DNA of 52,755 nucleotides from a virus. Its lineage: Duplodnaviria > Caudoviricetes. Below the pieces are notes generated by a model. The model saw only the letters and a program-made list of their open reading frames with translations, ran no database searches and was not told the DNA's origin. The stretch lies in the IMG/VR virus record IMGVR_UViG_3300030406_006533, positions 1-52,755 of that record; one strand, given 5' to 3'. Positions 1 through 10,800 of the stretch are shown here, in pieces; the first letter of the stretch is position 1; each line of letters starts with the position of its first letter. The position numbers and the translations under genes were made by a program.

Positions 1-56
1 CTATCATCGACCTGAACACCGTTTCGAAAATTAAATGATTTGGTATAATTTGCCAT
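1..56 (-). CDS. 5' fragment of the next virion structural gene (MANYTKSFNFRNGVQVDD...), runs off the window
   Basis: ATG at 56-54, preceded by AAGGTA and a late promoter at 69-76; open to the window edge; N-terminus resembles cyanophage structural proteins (recalled, not searched). Confidence 0.65.
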   Translation of the reverse strand, partial: MANYTKSFNFRNGVQVDD

Positions 57-68
57 TACCTTTTTAGT

Positions 69-76
69 TATTTATT
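69..76 (-). promoter_or_regulatory. T4-like late promoter AATAAATA overlapping the upstream stop codon
   Basis: Matches NATAAATA, about 13 nt upstream of the ATG at 56. Confidence 0.65.
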
Positions 77-3000
77 TGTTTTCAAGAGAGTTAACTTTTG
101 TCGTCAATTCTTTAACTGCTTCAATTAGAACAGGAATCAATCTATCATAACGAACTGCTTTCACACCATCACCTCTTGTGATTGTAACACCAGGTAATCC
201 AAGTGCCTCAATTTCTTGAGCAAGTATACCAGTGTCTTTTGTACCATTTTCATGTGGCACTAAATCTGTCAGTCCTGTATTCCAAGTAAATGTATTACCA
301 CTAATACTATTAACCATGTCAAGTGCATTTTGTATAGGTGATATATCTTTTTTAAGTGTCATATCAGATGAACTAAATGCAATGATATCAGAACTAGAAG
401 TGATGGTTCCAGTAACTTCAAGAGGTTTACTAATTTCAACTTTCGAACCAGCACAATTTATTACTAAATTTCCAGATGAGGTATTGATTGTTTGATCATC
501 TGTGACACCAACAGTTATATTTCCAAATGTTCCTCCATTAGCACTAACATCACCTGTTATAGTAATTCCATCAGTGGTGGCTTGTGCTCTAACTGTGTTA
601 CCACTGTCTAATAACTGTGAACTATTAATACCATCTAACTGTGATCCATCTCCCCTGAATGATGAAGCAGTTAGAATTCCACTAAACATAGCTCCAGTGC
701 TCGTGGTTGTAAGTATACCACTTGACCCGTGAATTAACTCAATAGAACTTCCCTTTATTTGTAAAGATCCTTCTCCTACATCCTGAATAATACTTTGAGA
801 TCCACTGTGGAATATTTCTAGATCTCCAGAATTACCAAATTTGATTTTAGCAGTATCAGGTAAATTAACTGTGCTTCCAATACCAACACCACCAGAAATT
901 ACTAGGGCACCAGTAGATGAACTTGTTGATTCTAGTGTTGATTTTATTTTAACTGAACTATCAACTCCTTTTACCTGCACTTCATTATTAAAGTTAACAG
1001 GACCGTCAAACTCAGACAATGATGTTTTAGATTTACCACCCTCAACTACAAGTCTCTCTTTGATTGTTGTTTCATCAAATACAACACTTAATCTACCAGG
1101 ATCTTCACCCGCTACAGATGGCACTGGTGTGTCAAACGTAACCTCTTCACCAGTTAGTGCAGACTTTTTCTGATTTCCTATGTAGAAATCACCCTTATTG
1201 TTCATACCAGTATAAACAACGGCACCACTAGATCTTTCTTGTGACTGTGATAAAAATTCTTCCTTCTCAGAAATAGTTTTTACTTGTACTTGAGGTAATG
1301 CAGTTGAGTAGTTACCTGGTCCATAACCAAGATATTCAAATGTGTGTCCCGATGCTCGTAAAATTGATGGTCGATTAAACTGAATTGGGAATGGTTTTAT
1401 TTTTTTGATTAATGATCCTTCAACGTGAGATGAAATTACAGTTCCGAAAACACCACGAAGAACAGTTAAAGCATTATTATTTGATCCTCCACCTACTACT
1501 TTTGAGGAGACTCTCATTATTTCTTCATCAATAACAATGTATGATCCAAATGGGAATCTATCCCTTACATTATAAGTGGATAAACTAAATGTGACCGCAG
1601 ATCCTACGTTAGATCCTACGTTATCCATTGCGGTTTCTAATTTAGAATGTTCATTATCAAAGAATTCGACACCACGTATTGATAAGTTTTCATTTCCTTT
1701 TGCAGATTCTCCATCATTAGCAGATAATCCATGTTTAAGCACATGTCCATTCACTGCAACAATGTCAGTTGTTGATTTGAAGGTAAATTTAGTTGGAGTA
1801 ATTTTACTTTTAACAATAAATGATCCTTGATTATTGTTACTTGCATCGTTTAATTGGAATCTATTTCCGACCACAAGTCCATGTGGTTCAACTGTGGTTA
1901 CTGATGAAATTCCTGTTGCAGGAGTAAATTCCTTTGCATTAATTTTTGCTGATGGACTTACCACAAATCCATACTGACCTGCGATTGGATTTACATCACC
2001 ACTTGCTTTAACAATTGTAACGTCCGTCTTATTAGGTGCTGCTATAATTCTAAAATAATTATCAGATGTAGTTCCGATACCTGTTGCCTGAAGTACTAAA
2101 TCCGTTGTTACACCGATATTGCCAACTGTCAATCCTTGCCCAACGACACTACCCTCTATATAAGTATTTCCGCTACCAACTACAGAGGTGTCAAAATAAC
2201 CTTTATCTCCTACCTGCCATCCAGATCCTGGGTTTGTAATTTCAAATGAACTTATTGCACCACCACCAACAACAACATTAGCTAAAGTTCCATTCCAAGT
2301 TGAATCGTTTTGTGTTTCACTGTTGAAAACTTTAACATTTAAGTATGTTCCATTAGTATAAGAAGCACCACCATCATGAACTATTGCGGTCATGATACCA
2401 CCAAAATTATGATTTGTGGTAAATGTTATAGTTCCTGAAGTTGTGCTATCAGTGAAAGATGCAATTTCAGGACCAAATCCAATCTTCGTGATTAACTTGT
2501 CATTTGTTTCTCTTGTGATACTTTTGAGTGGATCATTTGTAACCACTTGTCCAAGAGGTGATCTATTTGCATAAGATTTTGCTGCCTGTGGATTTTCATT
2601 TATGTTATCTCGATCTAATTGTGGATATAAGTCAACAACATTTTGACTATAGTTGAGTCCAGTATATTCATTCTCTATAAAATTACTTGAATTAAGAGGG
2701 AATATTTGATAAACACCATCTTGTACATCGTTTATATACTCTGAAATAATATTATTTCTGAATACATAAATGTTTGATTTTAAATCTGTTCTTTCAAATC
2801 GAGGATAATTAACAACTCTCGTATTAAAATCATTTGTTCCAAAATTTCCTATTGTTACACCATCAGGCTTAGAAGCAGTTCGAGTTGAATATTCAAACTC
2901 CATACTATTTGGAACATTTGTGACTACCACCTCACCATTGTAACCACCAATTCCCACTCCTGTTGTATTTGCAATCGAGTCTTTTATATTTTTAACTGTT

Positions 3001-5609
3001 ACCAAATCACCAACTTTTAAATTGTGTGGTTTTTCCGATGTGATTGTGACTATTTTTGTAGAATTATTAAAGGTACAACTACTAATAAATCTTGGATTTC
3101 TTTCAAAAAGAAAATCATTTGTTGTAAGATTATCTGGCTCACCTGCATTACCACGAGTAAAGTCTTCTATTGCAGTTACACCAGTATTTGCAGATTCTTG
3201 TAATACAAATCCATTTTCAGGATTCTTAGAATTGTCTATTTCTTTTGGAATTGCAAGTCGTAATCGATAAATTTTTTCATCTAAACTTCTCGTATCAGAA
3301 ATTCTTTTTACAAAACTTGGTTCTGTTCGACCTGTTGACCCTGAAAGTTCTCCTGTAATTGTATTGCCAGTTGAACTAACATTTATGTACCACTGTGCTC
3401 CATCATATTGAACTGGGTGTCCGACATCTCCACTATTTTTATCGGTAACACGACTTAATACTTTTAAATTAGTTCCTTTATAAGCCGTTATAAATTCACC
3501 GTTGTCTGCGTTAGTTTTAGATGATGCTAACTTAAATTCACTAGTTCCTGTAACTATCGCAAAATAAACAGTTTTTTCCTCTAAATTTTCAGGTAAATCA
3601 CCATCATCACTAGTAATGATCACCTTTTCACCAGTCGATAATAGATGATTCGCAATTGATGTAAATGTACCATCCACATGATTTAATATAGATATTTCCT
3701 TAACAGAACTAACTGATGGAGTAGCACTACCATTGTCCATCAATATTTTTGCTTCTTTGATATCCCCATTAAAATCTACAAATAACTTGTCATCTTTTTT
3801 CGCACCAATTCTAAATCCTTGTGTAATTGATGGAGGTTTAATATCTTCGGATTCAAATCCAAATAGATATAATTTAGTATTGTCACCAAATTTTGATCTA
3901 TCTATCGATATCCAATCAATATTCTCTTCATCAGTCGTAATCGCTCTTGGTGGTATAATGTGTGTAATGAATGCTCTATCATCTTTTTGAAATGCATCTT
4001 TTCTAAATCCATCTGACACGAGAGCCAATTGTCCAAAGTTTGAGTTGGAGTTAGTGATGGATGCATCTGCACCTGATTGAGCCTCAAAGTGCACTGCGTA
4101 TCCAATTGCAAATACAGATACAATTTGTAAAATAGAATTATTGCTAATCTTTACATGTCTTGTTTCCCAACCACTTCTATAAATCGCATCTGAATCTAAA
4201 TGAAATATTTCACTCGAATTTGTCGCAGAAGACTGATTTGCAAGTGTTTCCCCATTTACTTCACTTACTGATAAACCTTCATATACTCTTTTTGATGGAT
4301 TATATTTTTTAAAGGCACGATCATCTTTTTGAAGTGACACACCAGTAAACTGTGCAACAACCATTGAACGGAAACCAGTTGCCTTGTTTCCATCAGCGTG
4401 CATACCATTCATTCCAAATACAGATCTCAATGATATGTTAAAGATATACGGTGATGCACCGTTAACAGTATCAGTTTCAACAATTATTTCTGCATCACTT
4501 ACATTTGGTTGAACAATAATATCTGCTCTAAATGTTGAGAGGACATAAGTAAATACTTTTGGATTACTCGGATCAATACTTGTTACCGTGGTTGATATAT
4601 TATAATCAGACTCACCCACACCCTTGATACGAATTGGTGTACCAACATCAAGACCATGATCTGATTGAGTTGTGACAGTAATGACTGAGGATGCAGTTGC
4701 ACCATCACCAGATTGAATACTTGTTAATCTTAGTGGATCGGCAGCAAATGCTCCAACAATTTCAAATTCTGGTCTTTTAGAAACAAATCCCTCCGTGCTG
4801 GCAGGAAATTTTTCAGAGATATTTCGATCTTCGGTTGCAATGCCATAAGCTATTGATAACTTATAGTAATACATGTTGAGATCTGTCAAATCAGTATCTT
4901 CATCCTTGTTTACACCATCAGCATACTCGAAACAAGTTAACTTGTGGTGAGAGAATGAAGGTTTGACTAAATTTGTGGTATCAAAGTTATTATTTTTTAC
5001 ATATACCTTATCTGTTAATTTTCCATCAAATAATGAAAACTGCCAAAAATAACAAGCTCCTGTAATTCTAAAAATTGCAGAGTTAGGAACAGTTGGATCT
5101 GTTGGATTTGGAACATACTTAGGTCTTATTTTCGTCTTTCTTAAATCTAATCCAACAATTGAAGTTCCACGAGGAACTATTACACCACCCTCTACTGAGT
5201 TAAACTTATATAAAATATTATCTTCAACACTTAAATCAAATTCAGATTCAAGATTAAGAGATATTTTACTTATATCTGCAGCATTTATTGCATCATATGA
5301 ACTTGTTGTAGGTGAAAATATTTTAGGATCATTACCAATTTTTTTAATCTTAAATCCTGGTCGGTTATCTATAACATGATCACCAGGCATTAATAGTATT
5401 GTTGTTTTTTCAGTTATATCGTTATTATTACCTGGCACATATGAAAATCTCGCTGCTTCTATCAGTGCTCTTTGGATGGTCTTGAAGGGTGTCGTCTGCG
5501 AATTACCCTGATTTGACATCGCATCTGATGCATCCAAATCACTCGGACTCACGTAAAGAATACGACCCTCTACGTTTTTTAAGAAATTATCTAACTTATT
5601 CAGTGGCAT
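72..5609 (-). CDS. Large tail fibre/tailspike-like protein (1845 aa) with N-terminal beta-helix-like domain and C-terminal Peptidase_S74 intramolecular chaperone
   Basis: C-terminus SSDMTLKKDI..I.NALD.V....G..F.W...G.LAQE.E....V.YD.LIP.LIEAVKEL is the S74 signature; N-terminal ILYVS..D......G.S...PFKTIQRA motif; late promoter upstream. Confidence 0.85.
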   Translation of the reverse strand: MPLNKLDNFLKNVEGRILYVSPSDLDASDAMSNQGNSQTTPFKTIQRALIEAARFSYVPGNNNDITEKTTILLMPGDHVIDNRPGFKIKKIGNDPKIFSPTTSSYDAINAADISKISLNLESEFDLSVEDNILYKFNSVEGGVIVPRGTSIVGLDLRKTKIRPKYVPNPTDPTVPNSAIFRITGACYFWQFSLFDGKLTDKVYVKNNNFDTTNLVKPSFSHHKLTCFEYADGVNKDEDTDLTDLNMYYYKLSIAYGIATEDRNISEKFPASTEGFVSKRPEFEIVGAFAADPLRLTSIQSGDGATASSVITVTTQSDHGLDVGTPIRIKGVGESDYNISTTVTSIDPSNPKVFTYVLSTFRADIIVQPNVSDAEIIVETDTVNGASPYIFNISLRSVFGMNGMHADGNKATGFRSMVVAQFTGVSLQKDDRAFKKYNPSKRVYEGLSVSEVNGETLANQSSATNSSEIFHLDSDAIYRSGWETRHVKISNNSILQIVSVFAIGYAVHFEAQSGADASITNSNSNFGQLALVSDGFRKDAFQKDDRAFITHIIPPRAITTDEENIDWISIDRSKFGDNTKLYLFGFESEDIKPPSITQGFRIGAKKDDKLFVDFNGDIKEAKILMDNGSATPSVSSVKEISILNHVDGTFTSIANHLLSTGEKVIITSDDGDLPENLEEKTVYFAIVTGTSEFKLASSKTNADNGEFITAYKGTNLKVLSRVTDKNSGDVGHPVQYDGAQWYINVSSTGNTITGELSGSTGRTEPSFVKRISDTRSLDEKIYRLRLAIPKEIDNSKNPENGFVLQESANTGVTAIEDFTRGNAGEPDNLTTNDFLFERNPRFISSCTFNNSTKIVTITSEKPHNLKVGDLVTVKNIKDSIANTTGVGIGGYNGEVVVTNVPNSMEFEYSTRTASKPDGVTIGNFGTNDFNTRVVNYPRFERTDLKSNIYVFRNNIISEYINDVQDGVYQIFPLNSSNFIENEYTGLNYSQNVVDLYPQLDRDNINENPQAAKSYANRSPLGQVVTNDPLKSITRETNDKLITKIGFGPEIASFTDSTTSGTITFTTNHNFGGIMTAIVHDGGASYTNGTYLNVKVFNSETQNDSTWNGTLANVVVGGGAISSFEITNPGSGWQVGDKGYFDTSVVGSGNTYIEGSVVGQGLTVGNIGVTTDLVLQATGIGTTSDNYFRIIAAPNKTDVTIVKASGDVNPIAGQYGFVVSPSAKINAKEFTPATGISSVTTVEPHGLVVGNRFQLNDASNNNQGSFIVKSKITPTKFTFKSTTDIVAVNGHVLKHGLSANDGESAKGNENLSIRGVEFFDNEHSKLETAMDNVGSNVGSAVTFSLSTYNVRDRFPFGSYIVIDEEIMRVSSKVVGGGSNNNALTVLRGVFGTVISSHVEGSLIKKIKPFPIQFNRPSILRASGHTFEYLGYGPGNYSTALPQVQVKTISEKEEFLSQSQERSSGAVVYTGMNNKGDFYIGNQKKSALTGEEVTFDTPVPSVAGEDPGRLSVVFDETTIKERLVVEGGKSKTSLSEFDGPVNFNNEVQVKGVDSSVKIKSTLESTSSSTGALVISGGVGIGSTVNLPDTAKIKFGNSGDLEIFHSGSQSIIQDVGEGSLQIKGSSIELIHGSSGILTTTSTGAMFSGILTASSFRGDGSQLDGINSSQLLDSGNTVRAQATTDGITITGDVSANGGTFGNITVGVTDDQTINTSSGNLVINCAGSKVEISKPLEVTGTITSSSDIIAFSSSDMTLKKDISPIQNALDMVNSISGNTFTWNTGLTDLVPHENGTKDTGILAQEIEALGLPGVTITRGDGVKAVRYDRLIPVLIEAVKELTTKVNSLENK
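1599..1622. repeat. In-frame 12-bp tandem duplication (agatcctacgtt x2; encodes NVGSNVGS)
   Basis: Read directly from the sequence. Confidence 0.9.
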
Positions 5610-5640
5610 GACACAATAATTCTACTATGATTCTATGTTC

Positions 5641-5648
5641 TATTTATG
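5641..5648 (-). promoter_or_regulatory. Late promoter CATAAATA
   Basis: NATAAATA about 31 nt upstream of the ATG at 5609. Confidence 0.75.
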
Positions 5649-5703
5649 TATTGAAATTTGGGTTAATTTAATTCAACATAATACCAAGTCACACAGCATG
5701 TGC

Positions 5704-6162
5704 TTAAGTTTTCATTATGTATGCTAACGCATGGTAAGGTGGCAAGTTTTTATTTGTTACTGACTCACCGTTTGTAGGATTACTCATGCTGAATGCAGTA
5801 CCAGGATATGCACCAGCACCACCAAAAGGAACTGCGTTTGGCGTTCCACCTGTACGGATTAATGTAGCACTATCAACAGTTGTAGGGTGAGTGTGATTAG
5901 GGACTATTGCATCTGCATCACCACCAGTAGCACCTGGTGAAACACCTGGATATGAAGTATCTCCAGTGCTATCAGAAGCACCAACAACAAATTTATTTCT
6001 TAAGTCAGGCGTACCATTATTACCATCACACAATACCCATCCAGATGGTATTGCATTTGTAGCACCATACCACAGTGCTATAAAACCTGTTGGTAAGATA
6101 GCAGGTGCACCACCACCTGCTACAGACACCCATTCACCATCTTTTCTTACTTTTAATCCCAT
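5704..6162 (-). CDS. Small tail-collar-domain / fibre tip protein (152 aa)
   Basis: LPTGFIALWYG...IPSGWVLCDG.NGTPDLRNKFVVGA collar motif, HTH (HxH) motif, and terminal NLPPYHALAYIMK typical of short fibre/collar proteins. Confidence 0.85.
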   Translation of the reverse strand: MGLKVRKDGEWVSVAGGGAPAILPTGFIALWYGATNAIPSGWVLCDGNNGTPDLRNKFVVGASDSTGDTSYPGVSPGATGGDADAIVPNHTHPTTVDSATLIRTGGTPNAVPFGGAGAYPGTAFSMSNPTNGESVTNKNLPPYHALAYIMKT

Positions 6163-6177
6163 AATTATATTTTTTTT

Positions 6178-6185
6178 TATTTATG
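6178..6185 (-). promoter_or_regulatory. Late promoter CATAAATA
   Basis: NATAAATA about 15 nt upstream of the ATG at 6162. Confidence 0.75.
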
Positions 6186-6192
6186 TTGCTTT

Positions 6193-7848
6193 TTAATCAG
6201 GAGTATCGAATGTTGGGTGATTTATAATTTTGAAGTAAGGTCTCGTTGTTGTGGTAGAACCAGCAGCAAAATTCCAGACTCTATAATCCAAATTTGGTAA
6301 TATATCACGATCTAAATTATCAAATCTTTTATGAGTGGCAACTATCCGATCAGACAAATCACCTTTTGCAAATTGTTTTTTTCTATGAGTCCAAGTATTA
6401 TCCTTAACTCGTTGAGTTGCGATTAAAAATGCAGTATTATTTCCTGCATCACATGATCCATGAAACGTTATATTATTTCCAAGACCTGTGTTATCCGACT
6501 TAAACCATTCGATTATACTTGATTTTGTTCCACCAGCAGTGCCACCAAATCCAATATTATTTTCTGGTAGTCCAAAAGAGGTGCTGAGATCAATTGATCC
6601 TATACTTTTAGACGTATTGAGATTCGTATTACAGGCAATAACCTCAAAACTGTAAAATATTCTTGTGTTTCTTTGATTAACGGGTGCACTTGATGGTGTA
6701 AATGTTCCCCCATTACCATTATCATTTTTAATTTTACACCATATGTAAGATCTTTCAGATGAATAAATGCCAACCTCTGATTTTGTCTCTAAACTTGTTA
6801 CCTTAAAATTCCAAAGTTCTGGATTAGGATAACCGCTGAAATTTGAACCTCTTCCGATTGTGTTAAAAAAGAAATCTTGATTATTATTCCCATTTGCATC
6901 AACTAAATTAATGAAGATACGTGGAAGATCTGTACCAACTTGATTGCTACCAACACCAAAATGATATCTTCCAAGTTGACCAGATGGATATGGTGAATTT
7001 GATGCACCTGTAATAAAATCACCACCATTAATATATTCCATACTGACTGTTGGAATACTATATCGATAAAAAGTATTTTTTACTCTTTTCCAAGTAGAAG
7101 GTGCGGAAATTCCACCTGCATCGTCAGCGTCATCTCCTCTTAACCCATCATCATTAAAAATATATCCTACATTACCTCTCTGTTCGCTATCACCTGACAC
7201 TGGAGGTCCATAGAAGGCACCATTGTTTTCATAATTATAGGAAGTAACAACCGAACCACTACCTGAACCTGATATATTTGCACTATGGCATCTCACTATA
7301 AAATCATCAAAATCACCAGCATTATTATCTCCATCATTTAGACATATTGCACCTCGATAATTACCAGTGGCACCGATACCAGTAGGAAGAAATGTTTCAA
7401 ATTTTGTTACGTTACAATTACCATTTGTTGACGAAACGTTTGAATTAATATTATCTTCTATTATAAAATAATAAGCTCCGACACCGACTACTCTTGACCT
7501 TTGATCCGACAAACTCCCACTTGTCGCATCAAAATTAACGACATCACCAACCTGAACATTAGGATTTTCAGTGCTCGGTGTATTAATAACAACCTGTGTT
7601 GTTGATACAATAGGCACTGTTCCGATACCAACACCAATCGGAATGAATATGTCTGAAATATTTAAAGTATATGTTGCACCTTCATCACCAAAAATGATAT
7701 CGGTTGAGGAAGCACTTCCAAGTTTTTTATAAGTCGCAGATCCACTATAAATGGCGGAAGTTGATGAGTGAGGACCTCTTGTAACTCCGACACCAACATA
7801 ATTAAATTGATGAGCAAACTGTGTATATTCATTAATTGATCTAGACAT
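6193..7848 (-). CDS. Hypothetical protein (551 aa, MSRSINEY...), probable fibre-associated/receptor-binding protein
   Basis: Start corrected from 7908 to 7848, where the ATG overlaps the upstream stop (TAATG); G/S/N/T-rich beta-type sequence; no family recognised. Confidence 0.7.
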   Translation of the reverse strand: MSRSINEYTQFAHQFNYVGVGVTRGPHSSTSAIYSGSATYKKLGSASSTDIIFGDEGATYTLNISDIFIPIGVGIGTVPIVSTTQVVINTPSTENPNVQVGDVVNFDATSGSLSDQRSRVVGVGAYYFIIEDNINSNVSSTNGNCNVTKFETFLPTGIGATGNYRGAICLNDGDNNAGDFDDFIVRCHSANISGSGSGSVVTSYNYENNGAFYGPPVSGDSEQRGNVGYIFNDDGLRGDDADDAGGISAPSTWKRVKNTFYRYSIPTVSMEYINGGDFITGASNSPYPSGQLGRYHFGVGSNQVGTDLPRIFINLVDANGNNNQDFFFNTIGRGSNFSGYPNPELWNFKVTSLETKSEVGIYSSERSYIWCKIKNDNGNGGTFTPSSAPVNQRNTRIFYSFEVIACNTNLNTSKSIGSIDLSTSFGLPENNIGFGGTAGGTKSSIIEWFKSDNTGLGNNITFHGSCDAGNNTAFLIATQRVKDNTWTHRKKQFAKGDLSDRIVATHKRFDNLDRDILPNLDYRVWNFAAGSTTTTRPYFKIINHPTFDTPD

Positions 7849-10800
7849 TAAACGTAGACACCTCCACCACTGATAACAAACTGGGGTGAAGCACCTCCTA
7901 CAATACAAGTCAGAGTTGCAAGTGCTCTTGGAGATAATTTCACTTCACCACCACTCGACACCGATATATTACTACCCGATAGGTATATCGTAACATTAGT
8001 TGCCGTAACAATATCTATAATAGCTGCGGTATGGTTGTGGAAACTCACATAATCACCTGCACTGAATACACTGGCAGGAACCGTGAATTGATCACCAGTT
8101 CCAGTTGCTAATTTTAACTTTCCAACATCACCAATAACCAATGTAGTGTTGGTGCTTGTCACTGTGGTTGAGATACCACTTATTCCAGAAGTATCATACC
8201 ATATATCTCCATCACATACTGAACTACCATATCCAACTGTAGGATCATTTTCACCGACATATTTTGCACCAAAAGCATTACTGAGTGTGCCGATACCAAT
8301 TGTTTTTGTGCTCGTTCCATCAACAGTAATTGGTAGAGTACAAGGATGAGATCTACCCTGTTGAGTAACTACAACATCAGTTACTCCTGATACTGTGGAT
8401 GAATCGACCCAAGTTGGAGCAGCATTTCCATTACTTTTGAGTATTTGTCCTGATGTACCATAATTGGATGCACCACTGAATGCAATTGCACCCGTTTCTG
8501 TGATGCGAACTTTTTCTGCTGCTGCTGACCCACTTTGTTGAGTGAAAAAGGTCATATACTTGGAGTTAGTACTTCCAGCTCTATCTTGTGCTCTTAAACT
8601 AACTTCACCATCTGAAGCATCCGAATGAACTGCAAATTCAGTGCCATTTACATCAACTATAAAATTATCTTGGTCATCTTGACCTTGTACAGATGTAATA
8701 CCTACTGAATTGATACGAAGTCTTTCTGATGGTGATGATGAACCATCTGCACTTGTCTTAAACAAAATGGCAGTTGGCATATCAGTTGATGAATTAACTG
8801 AACCATCAACTACAGCCTCAATTGTGGCACCTTGATTGTAAGAATTACCATTAGTATTGTATCCTCTAAAGTCAATTCTTCCTAAACTATCATTGTCTAC
8901 TACGATAGTATTACTACCAATTGTCGCATTCTTACTTCTATAGAACGATAATCTACCACCATTAGCAGCAGTGGATGAATATGCATTGATATCTATTGCA
9001 TCAGCAGCATCCGTAGATACTTGTAAATTTCCAGAATGTAAAGCACCATTATGTGCGACGCATACTTTACCTCCTGATGAGATACGAAGTCTTTCATCAC
9101 CAGCAGTCTCAAATGAAATTGTATCAGCAGTAGGAAATCTTATTTTTGTATTATCATCACCAGTATGTTCAATGGTATCACTTATAACCAAGTTACCAGC
9201 CACTCTTACATATGGATCACTAGATGCAGTGTAAACATATAATTGCTCATCACCAGATGAATTTTTTATTTGAAATACTTTTCCATTATTATCTGCCTGT
9301 AATACTAATTGAGTTGCTGTACCAGTGTTATCTTGTTTAAACTTCCAACCTCTTCTACCACTAGGATCTGCTGAACCCATATCAAAGTGAAGAAGTCCAG
9401 CATCAGCACCACCAGTTCCATGTGCTGCATCAGAATAAAGAGTTAATGGTGATCCTGGACTGATAGTGTTAATACCAACATTACCACCAGTTACATGAAT
9501 ACCATTTTTTGCCGTTATAATACCAACCGACTCAATATTTGTTACATCTTCGTAGGTTAATGATCCAGTAACATCTAAATTACCATCAATTTTTGCATTT
9601 CCATCAACCACAAACTTTTCATGATTACTTGTAGTGGTGACTCCGACAAATAATGATCCTGACGATGTGATACGAACTTTCTCACTATTATCAACTGCAA
9701 AAGCGACACGACTATTATTAACATCATTACCTTTGTCTGCATGAATGATGGCATTTGCAGCGTTCGCATCAATATATGCGAAAGCATATGGACTTGGATC
9801 TGGATTATTATCTCCTAAATTATTTTTATCAGATAAACGAATTCCAGGAGCTGTGTCATGAATAGTTAAAATGTCACCTGGAGTGGTAGTTCCAATACCC
9901 ACATGCCCTTCCTTCGTTATCCTCATCCTTTCTGGAACATTGTCAACATTGGCATTGTTAGAATTATGAACACCAAATACTAAATCAGCAGTATGATTAC
10001 CACGAGATATTGCAGCAATATAAGCAAGGTATGCAGCACCACTATTTCTCCATGCAATACCACGATCTGAATCATTATCAGTAGTCCGAATAATTAAACT
10101 ATTTTTTCCAGTTCCATGAACAGCTAGGTTTCCTTCATCGGTTGCAGATCCACTATTAACAGTCACTGAGCTACTAAATACTGCCGCCTCAGAAACTGTG
10201 AGTCCATCTAAAGTTGTCGCCCCATCTACGTCTAAATCATTAGATATATTAACATTTCCAGTTGGAGTCAGAGCACCAGTAACAGGTCCAAAAATTTCTC
10301 TTGCAGTTAGAATACCAACTGCTAATGTTGCAGTATTTCCAGAAGTGACCGCATTTACACCAGTTGGATTATCAGTTCCGATACCAACATCACCATCAGA
10401 TGTGATGCGAAGTCTTTCAGTTCCTGATAAATTTATAGCAAAATTACTCGACACCATTGAAATGAGTGCTGAGTGAGCAACATTATCACTTAATTGGATT
10501 GAAGCATCTCTACCAGAACCATTAGATTGAAATCTTGCAACTATATTTCCACCAGCAGTCGTGCTAGTTCCAGCATCTTGTATTGTTAAATTATTACCTG
10601 TTCCTGTGGTGGTTCCAATCAATACCTCTCCATCTGATGTGATGCGAAGTTTTTCTTCCTTTGTATTATTATGTTCTGTGACAAAGGTTAAAGCATTAGA
10701 TGCTGTACCAGTTCTCAACGCAACAATTCTTGCAATTGATTGATTAGATCCAGCGGTATCAAAAACTAACTGTGAAAATGTATTTGTTGATCCATTATCA

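Noticed and set aside
5610-5703. Possible hairpin (ATGTTGAA...TTCAATACAT on the minus strand) overlapping the late promoter
   Set aside because: Weak, bulged, AT-only pairing expected by chance at this composition
7849-7908. N-terminal extension MYCRRCFTPVCYQWWRCLRL of the 571-aa ORF
   Set aside because: Overlaps the upstream gene; the TAATG-coupled ATG at 7848 is the more plausible start
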